A DNA stretch of 64,000 nucleotides from Candidatus Poribacteria bacterium (lineage in GTDB: Bacteria; Poribacteria; WGA-4E; JAJDTR01): the NCBI GenBank assembly GCA_965222225.1, contig CBDCTK010000002.1, positions 1,376,001 through 1,440,000 of the forward strand, in the 5' to 3' direction. Shown in pieces: positions 17,779 through 27,888 of the stretch (the stretch's first letter is position 1; every line of letters starts with the position of its first letter). Under the pieces are notes generated by a model, which was given only the letters and a program-made list of their open reading frames with translations, searched no databases and was not told the origin of the DNA. A program made the position numbers and the translations under genes.

Positions 17779-19020
17779 TTAGAAATAATCTCGAAACCAA
17801 TCTTGCATGCGTTTGAGCACTTGCTCAAATAGGTTGTTCCCCTTGATAAATGTCCGTTGCGGCTTCTTATGGCGTAGCATTGCTCCATAAAGGACAAGAC
17901 CAACACCCGTTGCGTAGATTGGGCTATGAACGCGGTCCGTTAAGCCTTTTAATGGTGTAGGATAGCCGACTCGCACCGGGAAGGGAAATCTTTTTTCAGA
18001 CAGTTCAATAAGACCGTCCAACAGGGACGTTCCGCCAGTTAGCACGACGCCTCCTGGGGTAACCAGTTTGCTCCTAGAAATCTCGTTTCCAATCAGGGTC
18101 AAAACCTCTTCCATTCTGCACTGAATGATTTCGACAAGATCTCGTCTTTGATGAAAACGTGGTCGACGTGCACCGCCTACTATCGAAATTTGAATAGTAT
18201 CATTCAAATCCACCAAATCCATTGAGGCGCACCCCTTGTGGAGTTTAAGTCGGTCTGCCTCCTGTGGTGTTATTCTCAATACTTGGGCGATGTCACTCGT
18301 CACATGGTCGCCACCAGTCGAAAGCACAGCAGTATGATGGAGTGCATCCTCCTTATAGATAACAACATCTGTGGTGCCACCCCCCATATCAGCAAGTACA
18401 ACGCCTACCTCGCGTTCATCGTGGGTCAATACGGATTCAGCAGAGGCAATCGGTTCCAAGACAATGTTTTCCACTGAGAGTCCTGCTTTGAAGACGCTGT
18501 TGAGAAGATTCTGAGCCGCGGCGACAGCACCCGTGACAATATGGACATAAACCTCAAGACGAACCCCTGACATCCCGATTGGATCCTTGATGCCATCCTG
18601 ATTGTCAACAGCATAACCCTGCGGAATAATGTGTAAGACTTCACGCTCAACCGGAATCGAAACGGCTTGGGCAGCTCGAATGGCCCTGTCGACATCTGCC
18701 TGGGTGATTTCGTGTCCTTCGCCAGCTACTGCAACTACCCCAGGCGAAGTTTGACCGCTAATGTGCCCTCCGGCAATTCCGACGTAGGCAGATCCAATCT
18801 CCACACCCGCCATTAACTCTGCGGCCTCAACCGCCTGACGAATTGCGGCAGTAGTGAGATCGATGTCGACGACAACACCTTTTCGTAATCCATTAGAAGG
18901 TGCGGTTCCCACACCAATTATTTCTATCTTTTCAGGATCTCCCTGCCATGTGTTACCAATAATAACAGCAATCTTGCTAGTACCAATGTCCAATCCGACA
19001 ACAATATCCTCTCTAGGCAT
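17779..19020 (-). CDS. ftsA: Cell division protein FtsA
   Basis: GLDIGTSKI, GMSGVRLE, DMGGGTT, LTGG, C-terminal amphipathic helix; GAGGAGG SD. Confidence 0.97.
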   Translation of the reverse strand: MPREDIVVGLDIGTSKIAVIIGNTWQGDPEKIEIIGVGTAPSNGLRKGVVVDIDLTTAAIRQAVEAAELMAGVEIGSAYVGIAGGHISGQTSPGVVAVAGEGHEITQADVDRAIRAAQAVSIPVEREVLHIIPQGYAVDNQDGIKDPIGMSGVRLEVYVHIVTGAVAAAQNLLNSVFKAGLSVENIVLEPIASAESVLTHDEREVGVVLADMGGGTTDVVIYKEDALHHTAVLSTGGDHVTSDIAQVLRITPQEADRLKLHKGCASMDLVDLNDTIQISIVGGARRPRFHQRRDLVEIIQCRMEEVLTLIGNEISRSKLVTPGGVVLTGGTSLLDGLIELSEKRFPFPVRVGYPTPLKGLTDRVHSPIYATGVGLVLYGAMLRHKKPQRTFIKGNNLFEQVLKRMQDWFRDYF

Positions 19021-19450
19021 TCATACTCCTCCTCTCCACAGATAGTGTCACTAATCCGGAGAGTCGAAAATTCTCAACCGGTCTGCATATAACATTCGTG
19101 TCACTACTGGAGAACCATTTGCTGGTTTGATATAGAAAATAGTATGCTGAATTAATCGAATCGGACGCCTTTCATTCCGTACGCACCCATGGCGTTGCTA
19201 GAAAGATGGCATCAGCAACATCATCAAATATCGCGTTCAGTCGTCGACCACAGCCCGTTCAACCTCGGTTCCTCTTGGTCAGCACAGACTCAACCTCAAC
19301 TATTGGTGCCCCTTGTACATCGGTAACGGTTGCGGCATGAATTCAGATTGGGCTTGTATATTTTAGCGCATATTTTACCCGGGCGACTATAAGAAAGCAC
19401 ACGCGATCATTGATACGGCAAATCAAACGCAAAGATTCTATTAACATCAT

Positions 19451-19459
19451 AGTATATCA
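19451..19459 (-). promoter_or_regulatory. Extended -10 TGATATACT about 430 nt upstream of ftsA
   Basis: TGnTATACT in an AT-rich intergenic tract. Confidence 0.45.
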
Positions 19460-19681
19460 GATATTTCGCTGTGTGTACAGTAGTAATTCACTATTGTCAG
19501 AGCAAGTCTTTTTGATTTTAGAGATGTAGAAATGAGACAGCCAAATCGAAGGAGAGATTTCCTTCAAAATAATCAAATTCCCGAATTTACCCATTTCTTT
19601 TTGCACTAGTCTCTAAAAACGCCGCCAGCACGAGAGATGTTTGACAGCTCAAAATCTTTGCACCCCAAAGCCTAAGCACGA

Positions 19682-19742
19682 GATTAACCGAACGAATAGT
19701 GAGCGGAATTTTCTATCGTGTTTGCTATCCGCTCAGTTAATC
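19682..19742 (-). other. Predicted RNA hairpin, 18-bp stem including 3 G-U pairs, with an alternative 8-bp pairing
   Basis: Minus strand GATTAACTGAGCGGATAG...CTATTCGTTCGGTTAATC; TCCGCTCA in the loop. Confidence 0.45.
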
Positions 19743-20260
19743 GATTGAAATTTCTCTGCATCCTCAAATCCCTGATTTTTCGCTTTTCCGTCTTTTTATT
19801 GCAGATCTAGTTAAGAGCGACGCAGAAACGTCCCACACCCCAAAATCAGATGCGATTGTCCGTCACAATTTGTAACAGCAATCACTCTACAATATGCTAA
19901 CCGTGTATAGGCATTTCCCACGGCAGACGCGACTGGTGAATTTTTCTTACGTGTGTGATTGGAGCTTGAAGTGCAGATTGAGGGATTGACGGCTTTTCTC
20001 GGCACTTTAGAATCGGAAAGAAGCGGCACGACGGAAACTCGTGAAAGCTCTCCAACAGTACTTTGAGCTTATAAGAAATAAGATGCGGTGGCGCGTCATG
20101 ATAACAACGCTCAGCTCATACAAGACAAACGCTTTCTGGAAATAAAAGACCGAGAAGATACATACAATCAGCGTTTTACGCTTCGCAAAAGCCTATGCAT
20201 CGCGTGAGCATATTTGAGGTTTACTGCGAAGTCCGCTAATGGACAGCCCATGTTGCGTAC

Positions 20261-21664
20261 TTATTGTCTCTCGAGGCTACCTCCACACGCATCTTCGCAG
20301 TCTCCTTGAAGTCTTTTTGATAGGTCCCGACCAACTTGCCAGATGTCTCCCGCCCCGACAGTAATTACAATATCATTGGGCAGTATCTCGGATATTAGTT
20401 CGTCCACTATCCGATCCTTGTCAGGAACATAAGTTACGTGTTGATGCCCACGCGCTTTAATAGCAGTCGCCAAATTCTCACCTGTAACACCTTCAATGGG
20501 TGTCTCACCCGCGCCGTATATTGAGGTGACAATTAATACATCCGTATTGTAAAAGGATTTCGAGAATTCACCGGCAAGGTGCCTCACTCGTTGGTAGCGG
20601 TGCGGCTGGAAAACCGCAACGATGCGACGACTATAGCTTTCGCGCACAGCACTGAATACTGCTCTGAGTTTAGCGGGATTGTGCGCATAATCATCGACAA
20701 TAATGATGTCTTGGACTTCTCCGACAATCTCGAATCGGCGATGAATCCCCTGAAATGACTCTAACGCAACTCGGATATGACTGAACGGAATGTCTAACTC
20801 GATTCCAACACCTATTGCCGCAAGTGAGTTGGAGATATTATGACGCCCGGGCATCTTGAGATGTATCTCACCCAATACCTCTCCTGTGAATTGCACCTGA
20901 TACCGAGAGGTAGGGCCCTTCACTCGGATTTCCTCTGCCATCAGGTCGGCGCGAGTGTCGATGCCGTAAGTTATGTAGCGTTTCTCAACTTGGGGGAGCA
21001 GTTGTCGTATGTTTTCTTGGTCCACACATAGCACCGCAACGCCAAAAAAAGGCACTTTGTTGATGAACTCCAAAAACGTCTTGCCGATTTCCTCAATATT
21101 GTTGTAATAATCGAGGTGATCAGCATCAACTGAAGTAACAACGGCGACTGTCGGAAAAAAATTTTCAATGGATCCGTAGGCTTCATCAGCTTCAACAACC
21201 ATGACTTCGCCGTGTCCAATTCGAGCATGACTTCCGAGGCTAACCAACTTACCACCGACGACAACAGTCGGATCTAGGTCGTCCAAAACGGCGGCGATCA
21301 TAGCGGTTGTTGTGGTTTTCCCGTGTGTTCCACTGACTGCAACGCTGAATTTCATTCTCATGATTTCTGCCAGCATCTCAGCGCCACGGATAACTGGAAT
21401 CTTTCGTGCCTGAGCGGCGAGAATTTCAGGGTTCTCGGAAGGAATCGCCGGAGATACGACGACAACATCCGCATCCGGGACGTGTCGGGCTTGATGACCA
21501 TAGTAAACAGAAGCACCGAGCTCGATTAGATGTTCAGTGATTTCAGTGCGACTCATGTCTGATCCGGACACATGAAAGCCGAGACTAAGCAGGATCTCAC
21601 TAATTCCGCTTAGCCCCGCACCGCCGATTCCAACGATGTGAACGTGACGTGTCTTTCCGAACAT
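20261..21664 (-). CDS. murC: UDP-N-acetylmuramate--L-alanine ligase
   Basis: GIGGAGLS, GTHGKTTTT, EADE, DDYAHNP, FQPHRY. Confidence 0.97.
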   Translation of the reverse strand: MFGKTRHVHIVGIGGAGLSGISEILLSLGFHVSGSDMSRTEITEHLIELGASVYYGHQARHVPDADVVVVSPAIPSENPEILAAQARKIPVIRGAEMLAEIMRMKFSVAVSGTHGKTTTTAMIAAVLDDLDPTVVVGGKLVSLGSHARIGHGEVMVVEADEAYGSIENFFPTVAVVTSVDADHLDYYNNIEEIGKTFLEFINKVPFFGVAVLCVDQENIRQLLPQVEKRYITYGIDTRADLMAEEIRVKGPTSRYQVQFTGEVLGEIHLKMPGRHNISNSLAAIGVGIELDIPFSHIRVALESFQGIHRRFEIVGEVQDIIIVDDYAHNPAKLRAVFSAVRESYSRRIVAVFQPHRYQRVRHLAGEFSKSFYNTDVLIVTSIYGAGETPIEGVTGENLATAIKARGHQHVTYVPDKDRIVDELISEILPNDIVITVGAGDIWQVGRDLSKRLQGDCEDACGGSLERQ

Positions 21665-21717
21665 AGGTTTGACCTACTATTACTAATGTGTTTTGCAATC
21701 CATGCTATTTTTCGCCT

Positions 21718-22821
21718 TTAGCCCTTTTTCGCTAAAGACAAGATTGATTTTGCAATTTCTTCGCTTGCATGCGGGTTGCCAAATTTGCGGCTAGCATCCG
21801 ACATTTGCTGTTGTTTTTTGGGATTTTCAGTAATCCTAGTGATTTGCTCGGCCAGTAGCCGTCCTGTTAAGGTTTGTTGATTTAGAACCACCCCCGCCCC
21901 GCTATCAGACACCACTTGTGCGTTTAGCTCCTGATTATTTCCTGGGGTAGAAGGCAAGGGGATAAAAATTGCGGGAAGTCCACATGCTGTAATCTCGGAG
22001 ATAGTCATCCCGCCCGCCCGACAAACCATCAAATCCGTAACGCTGTATACTTCGCCGATTAAATCAAAATAAGGCTGAACAAGGTGCTTCAATGGTGAAC
22101 CAACATAATGCTCGCGCACTTGTTGATAGTCTTTTTTTCCTGTTTGATGAATGAGTTGTAGGTGCCGATGGTAAGGTGCCAATTCGGGCAACATGTTGAT
22201 TACAGTTTGATTGATTGCATGGGCTCCTTGACTGCCACCCATAAAGAATATCGTTTTCCGGTTTGGATCGAGACCTAATCTTTCGTAGGTTGCCAAAGAA
22301 CGGGCAAACGAGGCGATCTGCGGGCGAATTGGATTTCCGGTGATTTTCACGATTTCTGCCGGAAATCCTTTAGCGGCTGAATGAAATGCTAGATAAGCGA
22401 TTTTTGCCCAACGTGCCAAGAGGCGATTCGTCAATCCTGCAGACGCATTCTGCTCCTGAATAGCAGTTGATATACCGAGCCTTGAAGCTGCAAAGAGTAC
22501 GGGCCCTGACACATATCCCCCCGTTCCAACAACAACGCTCGGTTTCAGTTTGCTAAGAAACTGCAAGGATTGAGCGAATCCGCGGCATGCCTTTCCAAGA
22601 ACCGGGAGCCATTTCCATGTTAGTCTTCTCGGAAAACCGGCTACAGAAATTGGCAAAAAACGGAAACCATGTTGGGGTATAATTGTTGACTCGAGACGAT
22701 CTGTGCCGCCGATGAAGCAAATCTTGATTTCCGGATCAAGCTTCACAATGGCTTGAGCAAGTCCGACTGCTGGATAGATGTGACCACCTGTTCCACCACC
22801 CGAAATCACAATTAGCGGCAC
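21718..22821 (-). CDS. murG: Lipid II GlcNAc transferase MurG
   Basis: GGGTGGHIYP, GTGGYVS, EQN, GNPIR, GGSQGA, RAGG. Confidence 0.97.
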   Translation of the reverse strand: MPLIVISGGGTGGHIYPAVGLAQAIVKLDPEIKICFIGGTDRLESTIIPQHGFRFLPISVAGFPRRLTWKWLPVLGKACRGFAQSLQFLSKLKPSVVVGTGGYVSGPVLFAASRLGISTAIQEQNASAGLTNRLLARWAKIAYLAFHSAAKGFPAEIVKITGNPIRPQIASFARSLATYERLGLDPNRKTIFFMGGSQGAHAINQTVINMLPELAPYHRHLQLIHQTGKKDYQQVREHYVGSPLKHLVQPYFDLIGEVYSVTDLMVCRAGGMTISEITACGLPAIFIPLPSTPGNNQELNAQVVSDSGAGVVLNQQTLTGRLLAEQITRITENPKKQQQMSDASRKFGNPHASEEIAKSILSLAKKG

Positions 22822-22865
22822 GACTTCTCCTTTCGTTTACGTGCTGGCGGGTCTACTTGGGAGGG

Positions 22866-24056
22866 CTAGGAAAGTGGAGAGATGTGCCGTATTTCTATTC
22901 TCATGTTCACTTTGCGCGATATATTTAGCAGGATTCCGATGCTAACCATGCTGACTAGTAGGGACGAACCGCCATAACTAATGAAGGGTAAGGTGATACC
23001 CTTAGTGGGCAGGACGCCAGCCACGACTCCGATATTTACCAAGGCCTGCAAAGCAATCAGCGTTATAATCCCGATTGCAAGTAACCCGGCGAATCGATCC
23101 TTGACGCGCCGAGCTATGTAAATGCCACGCCAGATGAGTAGCATAAAGAGGAGGATTACAACGATACTTCCAAGGAATCCCAATTCTTCGCCGATGATGG
23201 CAAAGATAAAATCCGTGTGAGGATAAGGGAGGTAGAACAATTTATAGATGCTGTCGCCAACCCCGGACCCGAGAACACCACCAAGAGCGAGCGAATTCAG
23301 GGAAAGGGAAACTTGATAACTCCCGGAATAAGGCGACCTCAGAGATTGAATGTAATCTTGGAAGCGTTGTAATTTATAGGGGTCTAGAAGTATTGCAACG
23401 TAGAAGAGCAGGAGCGCGAAGAAGCCAAGGAAAATAATCGGCCAGATGCGCGCGCCTCCGACGAACAATAGAATGAGAACAACGCTACATAATAATACTG
23501 CGGAACCAAAGTCGGGTTGTTTAAACAAGAGGAGAAAAGCAACTGTGAGAATCAGGAGGCCGGGAAGCATTCCACCCACAAAAGTATGAATTCTATTACG
23601 CTTTTGTTGGAGAAATTGGCAAATGTAGATTATCAGACCCAGTTTTGCCACCTCTACCGGCTGGAATTGTGCCCCGCCAATTCGTAACCATCGAGAGAAC
23701 TCACCGCCCGTTACAGAACGCACGCTATAGCCGAGCGGTGAAAAAACCAGCAGCATACCAATCAGGCTGAGGATAAGTATCTTCTTGGCGTGTCGTTCGT
23801 AGTATTGGTATGGAAAGCGTGAAGCACACATCATGCCAATGAATCCCAACACGCTAGCAATCAACTGAACCTTAAGGTAACGAAAGCTGTCCTCATGATA
23901 AAGTTCGAATGCCAACATACTGCTCGAACTATAGACCATTAGGATTCCAATGGCAACTAAACACAACGTCAGAAATAGGAGAACGTGATCGATACCCTTA
24001 TCAGTCTTATTGATGGCATCAACTGGGGAATTGATCCACTGAATCCATCGTTTCAA
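22866..24056 (-). CDS. ftsW: SEDS peptidoglycan glycosyltransferase FtsW
   Basis: QPVEVAK, QPDFG, PHTDFIF, LPTKGITLPFISYGGSS; dcw position. Confidence 0.95.
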   Translation of the reverse strand: MKRWIQWINSPVDAINKTDKGIDHVLLFLTLCLVAIGILMVYSSSSMLAFELYHEDSFRYLKVQLIASVLGFIGMMCASRFPYQYYERHAKKILILSLIGMLLVFSPLGYSVRSVTGGEFSRWLRIGGAQFQPVEVAKLGLIIYICQFLQQKRNRIHTFVGGMLPGLLILTVAFLLLFKQPDFGSAVLLCSVVLILLFVGGARIWPIIFLGFFALLLFYVAILLDPYKLQRFQDYIQSLRSPYSGSYQVSLSLNSLALGGVLGSGVGDSIYKLFYLPYPHTDFIFAIIGEELGFLGSIVVILLFMLLIWRGIYIARRVKDRFAGLLAIGIITLIALQALVNIGVVAGVLPTKGITLPFISYGGSSLLVSMVSIGILLNISRKVNMRIEIRHISPLS

Positions 24057-25470
24057 GTCTTATTACGGCCTCCCGAAAGGCACATCCACGTGCTTTATAA
24101 TCATCAAACATGTCAAAGCTAGCATTCGCCGGAGATAAAAGGATAACGTCCCCCGGGACGGCATGTGAGTATGCTACCTCAACAGCGTGCTCCATTGTCA
24201 TCGCATCCCACGTAACGACGTGAGGTTCTAGGGCGTTTCGGATTCTTCCAGTATGCTTGCCCAGCAGAATCAATGCCTTGACCTTAGACTTGACCAGGTC
24301 TATCAACGGAGTATAGTCATTTCCTTTATCATATCCTCCCATGATTAATAGGAGCGGGTCGGGTATTGATTCAATTGCGGCTCTGACCGCATCAACATTT
24401 GTAGCCTTAGAATCATTGACAATTTTCACACCGCGTACTGTGCTAACTGGTTCCAATGCGTGCTCAAGGGCATTATGTTCTTTAGGACGGAATCGACAAA
24501 TCGCAGACCTTATCTGCTCGTATGATACATCAAGAATTCGTGCCACAGCAGTCGTGGCGAGCACATTGCGGACGTTATGCCGGCCAACCATAGGAATATC
24601 TGCTATATCACAAATCCGATGATATTCACCATTCTGCCTCGTAAGTATCTCTGTTTCGCTTCCCATCACCACTAAATTTTTATCGTACATACCTGTCTTA
24701 TCGCACCCGTTCATTCTCCAATTCTCCACATTCTCCGTAAAATAGATTGGTCTTGCTGCAGTTTCGTTGGCGAAACCCATGACGACAGGATCGTCTGCAT
24801 TCAACACAATACAATCCGTGGGGGTTTGATTCGCGCAGACCTTGAGTTTTGCATCACGATAGGCCTCCATTGTTCTGTGGCGGTCAAGATGATCTCGGGT
24901 AAGATTCAGTACAATACTTAGCATTGGCCGGAATGATGTGGTTGTTTCAAGTTGGAAACTACTTGCCTCCAACACCACTATATCTTCCACGGTTAGCCTT
25001 TGGACGTTACTTGATAATGGAATCCCAATGTTACCTGAGACGCAGACGTGTCGAAATTTCCCGCTTCGTTTAAGGACCTCGGCCGTCAGGAGAGTTGTTG
25101 TTGATTTTCCCTTTGTTCCCGTAATAGCCACGATTGGAGCACGGCAGATACTTGCCGCGATCTCGAGCTCCCCTATAATCGGGATGCCCAAGGACCGTGC
25201 TGTCCTTAGAACCGGTATATTCAGTGGCACACCGGGAGAAACGGCAACAAAGTCTACACTCTCGATACACTGATTCTCATGTCCCCCAAGAAAGAAATCG
25301 ATCGCTCGACCTCTCAATTCATCAATTTCAGATTGGAGTTCATCTGCCGGTTTTGGATCCGTCACCTGCACGCTAGCGCCCAGATCATCTAGTAGTTTAG
25401 CAACAGCAACGCCGCTGCGATGAATGCCAAACACAGTGACCTTCTGTCCCTTGAAGTGCGCAGGATTCAT
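24019..25470 (-). CDS. murD: UDP-MurNAc-L-Ala--D-glutamate ligase
   Basis: SPGVP, TGTKGKSTT, EASSFQLE, NDSKATN, LSPANASFD. Confidence 0.97.
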   Translation of the reverse strand: MNPAHFKGQKVTVFGIHRSGVAVAKLLDDLGASVQVTDPKPADELQSEIDELRGRAIDFFLGGHENQCIESVDFVAVSPGVPLNIPVLRTARSLGIPIIGELEIAASICRAPIVAITGTKGKSTTTLLTAEVLKRSGKFRHVCVSGNIGIPLSSNVQRLTVEDIVVLEASSFQLETTTSFRPMLSIVLNLTRDHLDRHRTMEAYRDAKLKVCANQTPTDCIVLNADDPVVMGFANETAARPIYFTENVENWRMNGCDKTGMYDKNLVVMGSETEILTRQNGEYHRICDIADIPMVGRHNVRNVLATTAVARILDVSYEQIRSAICRFRPKEHNALEHALEPVSTVRGVKIVNDSKATNVDAVRAAIESIPDPLLLIMGGYDKGNDYTPLIDLVKSKVKALILLGKHTGRIRNALEPHVVTWDAMTMEHAVEVAYSHAVPGDVILLSPANASFDMFDDYKARGCAFREAVIRLETMDSVDQFPS

Positions 25471-25514
25471 GTATAATCCTCATCTCCTGACAATGATGCC
25501 ACTACAGTATCTAC

Positions 25515-26618
25515 TCATCTCAACTTGAGCGTACTCAACGCCATTAACATCAATAGTAACGCAACGATCCAAAATCGAATGACAACTTTTGACTCTTCCC
25601 AGCCACCTAACAGGAAATGGTAATGCAGCGGTGACATTCTGAAAATGCGCTTCTTATAAGTCCGAAACGACCAAACTTGAAGGATTACTGAAAGAGCTTC
25701 TGCCACGAAAATCCCACCAACAATTACAAGCAAGAATTCTTCTCTGATCAATATTGATACCGTCCCAAGCGCCGCGCCAAGGGATAGAGAACCGGTGTCA
25801 CCCATGAAAACTCGGGCAGGATGACAGTTGTACCACAAGAATCCTAAACCCGCGCCAATTAATGCGGCACAAAAGACGGTTGCTGCTTCTCCAACAACCG
25901 GTAAGTGAACGATATTCAGATATCCCGCCAGTTGTTGATGGCTAGTCAAATAACCCAGAATGCCAAACGTCGCCGCAACAAACAGTGTGCAGCCGATTGC
26001 TAAACCATCCATGCCATCCGTGAGGTTTACGGCGTTGGAGGTGCCAACAATGACTATGGTAGCAAATGGGATAAACCAAATCCCCAGATCGGGATGAAGG
26101 TCTTTGAAAAACGGAATAATGATTGACGTATGTGATGTCAAACCGTCTTTCGGAATTGGTCCCCAACGGTAAACAACACAAGCAATTGCAAATGCACCGA
26201 GTGTTTGCAGGATAATCTTGTGCCAACCGCGCAGTCCCAATGACCGTTGATTCGTAATTTTCTTGTAGTCATCCAAAAATCCGAGAGCGCCAAACCACAG
26301 CAGGCTAAAAATGAGAAGAAATATGTACGGCTGATCTAGTCGCGCCCAAAGAAAAATTGAGATTAATACTGACGAAATAATCAGTATGCCCCCCATCGTG
26401 GGCGTACCAGCCTTGGTTTGATGACTTTCGGGGATTTCGTCTCTAATTTGTTCTCCAATGCGTAGTCGTTTCAAGCGCTCAATGACCAACGGTCCAAAAA
26501 GCAAGGAGATTAACAGCGCTGTTACGGTAGCATAAATGGAGCGAAAACTGATGTAACGAAAGACATTGAACGGGGAATAGACATCAGCGAGTTGTTCAAA
26601 AAATAGGTAGTAAAACAT
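25515..26618 (-). CDS. mraY: Phospho-N-acetylmuramoyl-pentapeptide transferase
   Basis: KAGTPTMGG, GFLDDY, SNAVNLTDGMDGL, VFMGDTGS; native ATG at 26618 lies inside the IS target duplication. Confidence 0.95.
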   Translation of the reverse strand: MFYYLFFEQLADVYSPFNVFRYISFRSIYATVTALLISLLFGPLVIERLKRLRIGEQIRDEIPESHQTKAGTPTMGGILIISSVLISIFLWARLDQPYIFLLIFSLLWFGALGFLDDYKKITNQRSLGLRGWHKIILQTLGAFAIACVVYRWGPIPKDGLTSHTSIIIPFFKDLHPDLGIWFIPFATIVIVGTSNAVNLTDGMDGLAIGCTLFVAATFGILGYLTSHQQLAGYLNIVHLPVVGEAATVFCAALIGAGLGFLWYNCHPARVFMGDTGSLSLGAALGTVSILIREEFLLVIVGGIFVAEALSVILQVWSFRTYKKRIFRMSPLHYHFLLGGWEESKVVIRFWIVALLLMLMALSTLKLR

Positions 26619-26620
26619 AT

Positions 26621-27869
26621 GGGACTTAGTAGTTAACTGCTTTTTGGTCGATTTGCTTGCTTTTCTCTTCTTAATGTACAATCATTTTAGACAGTGTTCG
26701 GAATCTTGATTCACACTAAAATACATCTCTATAAGAGAGAAATGGAGGCATATCATGTTGACCAAGCGTTTGTACATGCTCGCGGGAGCATTGCGGGTTA
26801 TCTGCGGGATTTTAATTTCCAACACTATGGGATTTTCAGCACACCATGATGTTGTCGTTGACAGAATATACCGATAGCCAAACAATTCATGTGGCTCAGG
26901 TGAAGCATTCATCAAAAAATCTTATGAAAATCTCATCATCTTTTCTGCGATTATATTTCCAGCAAGACTCCATGATATACAGTGGCAGCCACTTCTTGCT
27001 GTAGTGATGATGCGTTCCGTAGAATGACCTCTTGACACAAGCCCAAAACGACTCGATGGTGTTGGTGTGAGTTACGCCGTCCTCAGAAACATATCTCTCT
27101 TGGTGATGGATAACATGTCTTTCGATATCTTCGTCCAGACTATTGTAAGAGCGAAATTCATCAGTCATAAGAATAGACTCATCGGGTGAGACATTGCTAA
27201 GGATGAATTCTCTGATATTTTCACCAGATAGAACCTTCATGAATTTAGCAACCACCCGACCGCCTCTCTCGACTACGCCGATGACGGGAGATTTATTTGT
27301 GCCTCTACCTCTCTTAGATTTTGCTCTGGGTTTGCCGCCGACATAGGTTTCGTCCGCTTCAACTATCCCTTTCAGCAATTCATCACTATCACTCATTTTC
27401 TCACGGAGGCGCATTGCCATATACCAAGCGGACTTTTGATTCATGTCCAAGTCACGAGCAAGCTGACAACTCGATATGCTTTTCTTGGCATTGGAAAGAA
27501 TTGAGATAGCCAAAAACCATTTCTGGAGAGGTATCTTGGTACCATGGAAGATGGTTCCTGCTGTAGCCGAAAAGCTAGATTCACAATCGTAGCAATTCCA
27601 ACCAGTAGTAATGTCGTTTTTGTTCTTGCGTCCAACTTTTTCACTGCCACAGTGGATACAGCAAACACCGTCCTTCCAACGTTTTTCCTCTATAAATCTG
27701 AGACAAGATTCTTGATTTGGAAACTCTTTCATAAGATTCAAAATGTCCATAGCAAACTCCTACGAGAAGAATAGTCACTATGGACATCTACGTGTGACGA
27801 AAAGATTTACGACAGGGTACCAAGTTTTATGTTTGTCGTCAGTCTAAAAGCTACAAGCTACTAATTCCG
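26621..27869 (-). mobile_element. IS1595-family insertion sequence, copy 2 (1249 bp)
   Basis: TSD AAACATAT at 26613-26620 and 27870-27877; same ends as copy 1. Confidence 0.95.
26896..27750 (-). CDS. IS1595-family DDE transposase
   Basis: Protein identical to 4381..5235. Confidence 0.95.
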   Translation of the reverse strand: MDILNLMKEFPNQESCLRFIEEKRWKDGVCCIHCGSEKVGRKNKNDITTGWNCYDCESSFSATAGTIFHGTKIPLQKWFLAISILSNAKKSISSCQLARDLDMNQKSAWYMAMRLREKMSDSDELLKGIVEADETYVGGKPRAKSKRGRGTNKSPVIGVVERGGRVVAKFMKVLSGENIREFILSNVSPDESILMTDEFRSYNSLDEDIERHVIHHQERYVSEDGVTHTNTIESFWACVKRSFYGTHHHYSKKWLPLYIMESCWKYNRRKDDEIFIRFFDECFT

Positions 27870-27888
27870 AAACATATAATGAATCTAA

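Noticed and set aside
19700-19740. Resemblance to the lac operator (TGAGCGGATA)
   Set aside because: Only a short match without LacI-type dyad symmetry; the hairpin explains it better
19811-20029. 72-aa ORF as a possible ftsQ remnant
   Set aside because: No TM helix, POTRA-like pattern or DLR motif
26619-26681. 21-aa N-terminal extension of MraY in the ORF track
   Set aside because: Derived from the IS end; the native start is ATG 26618
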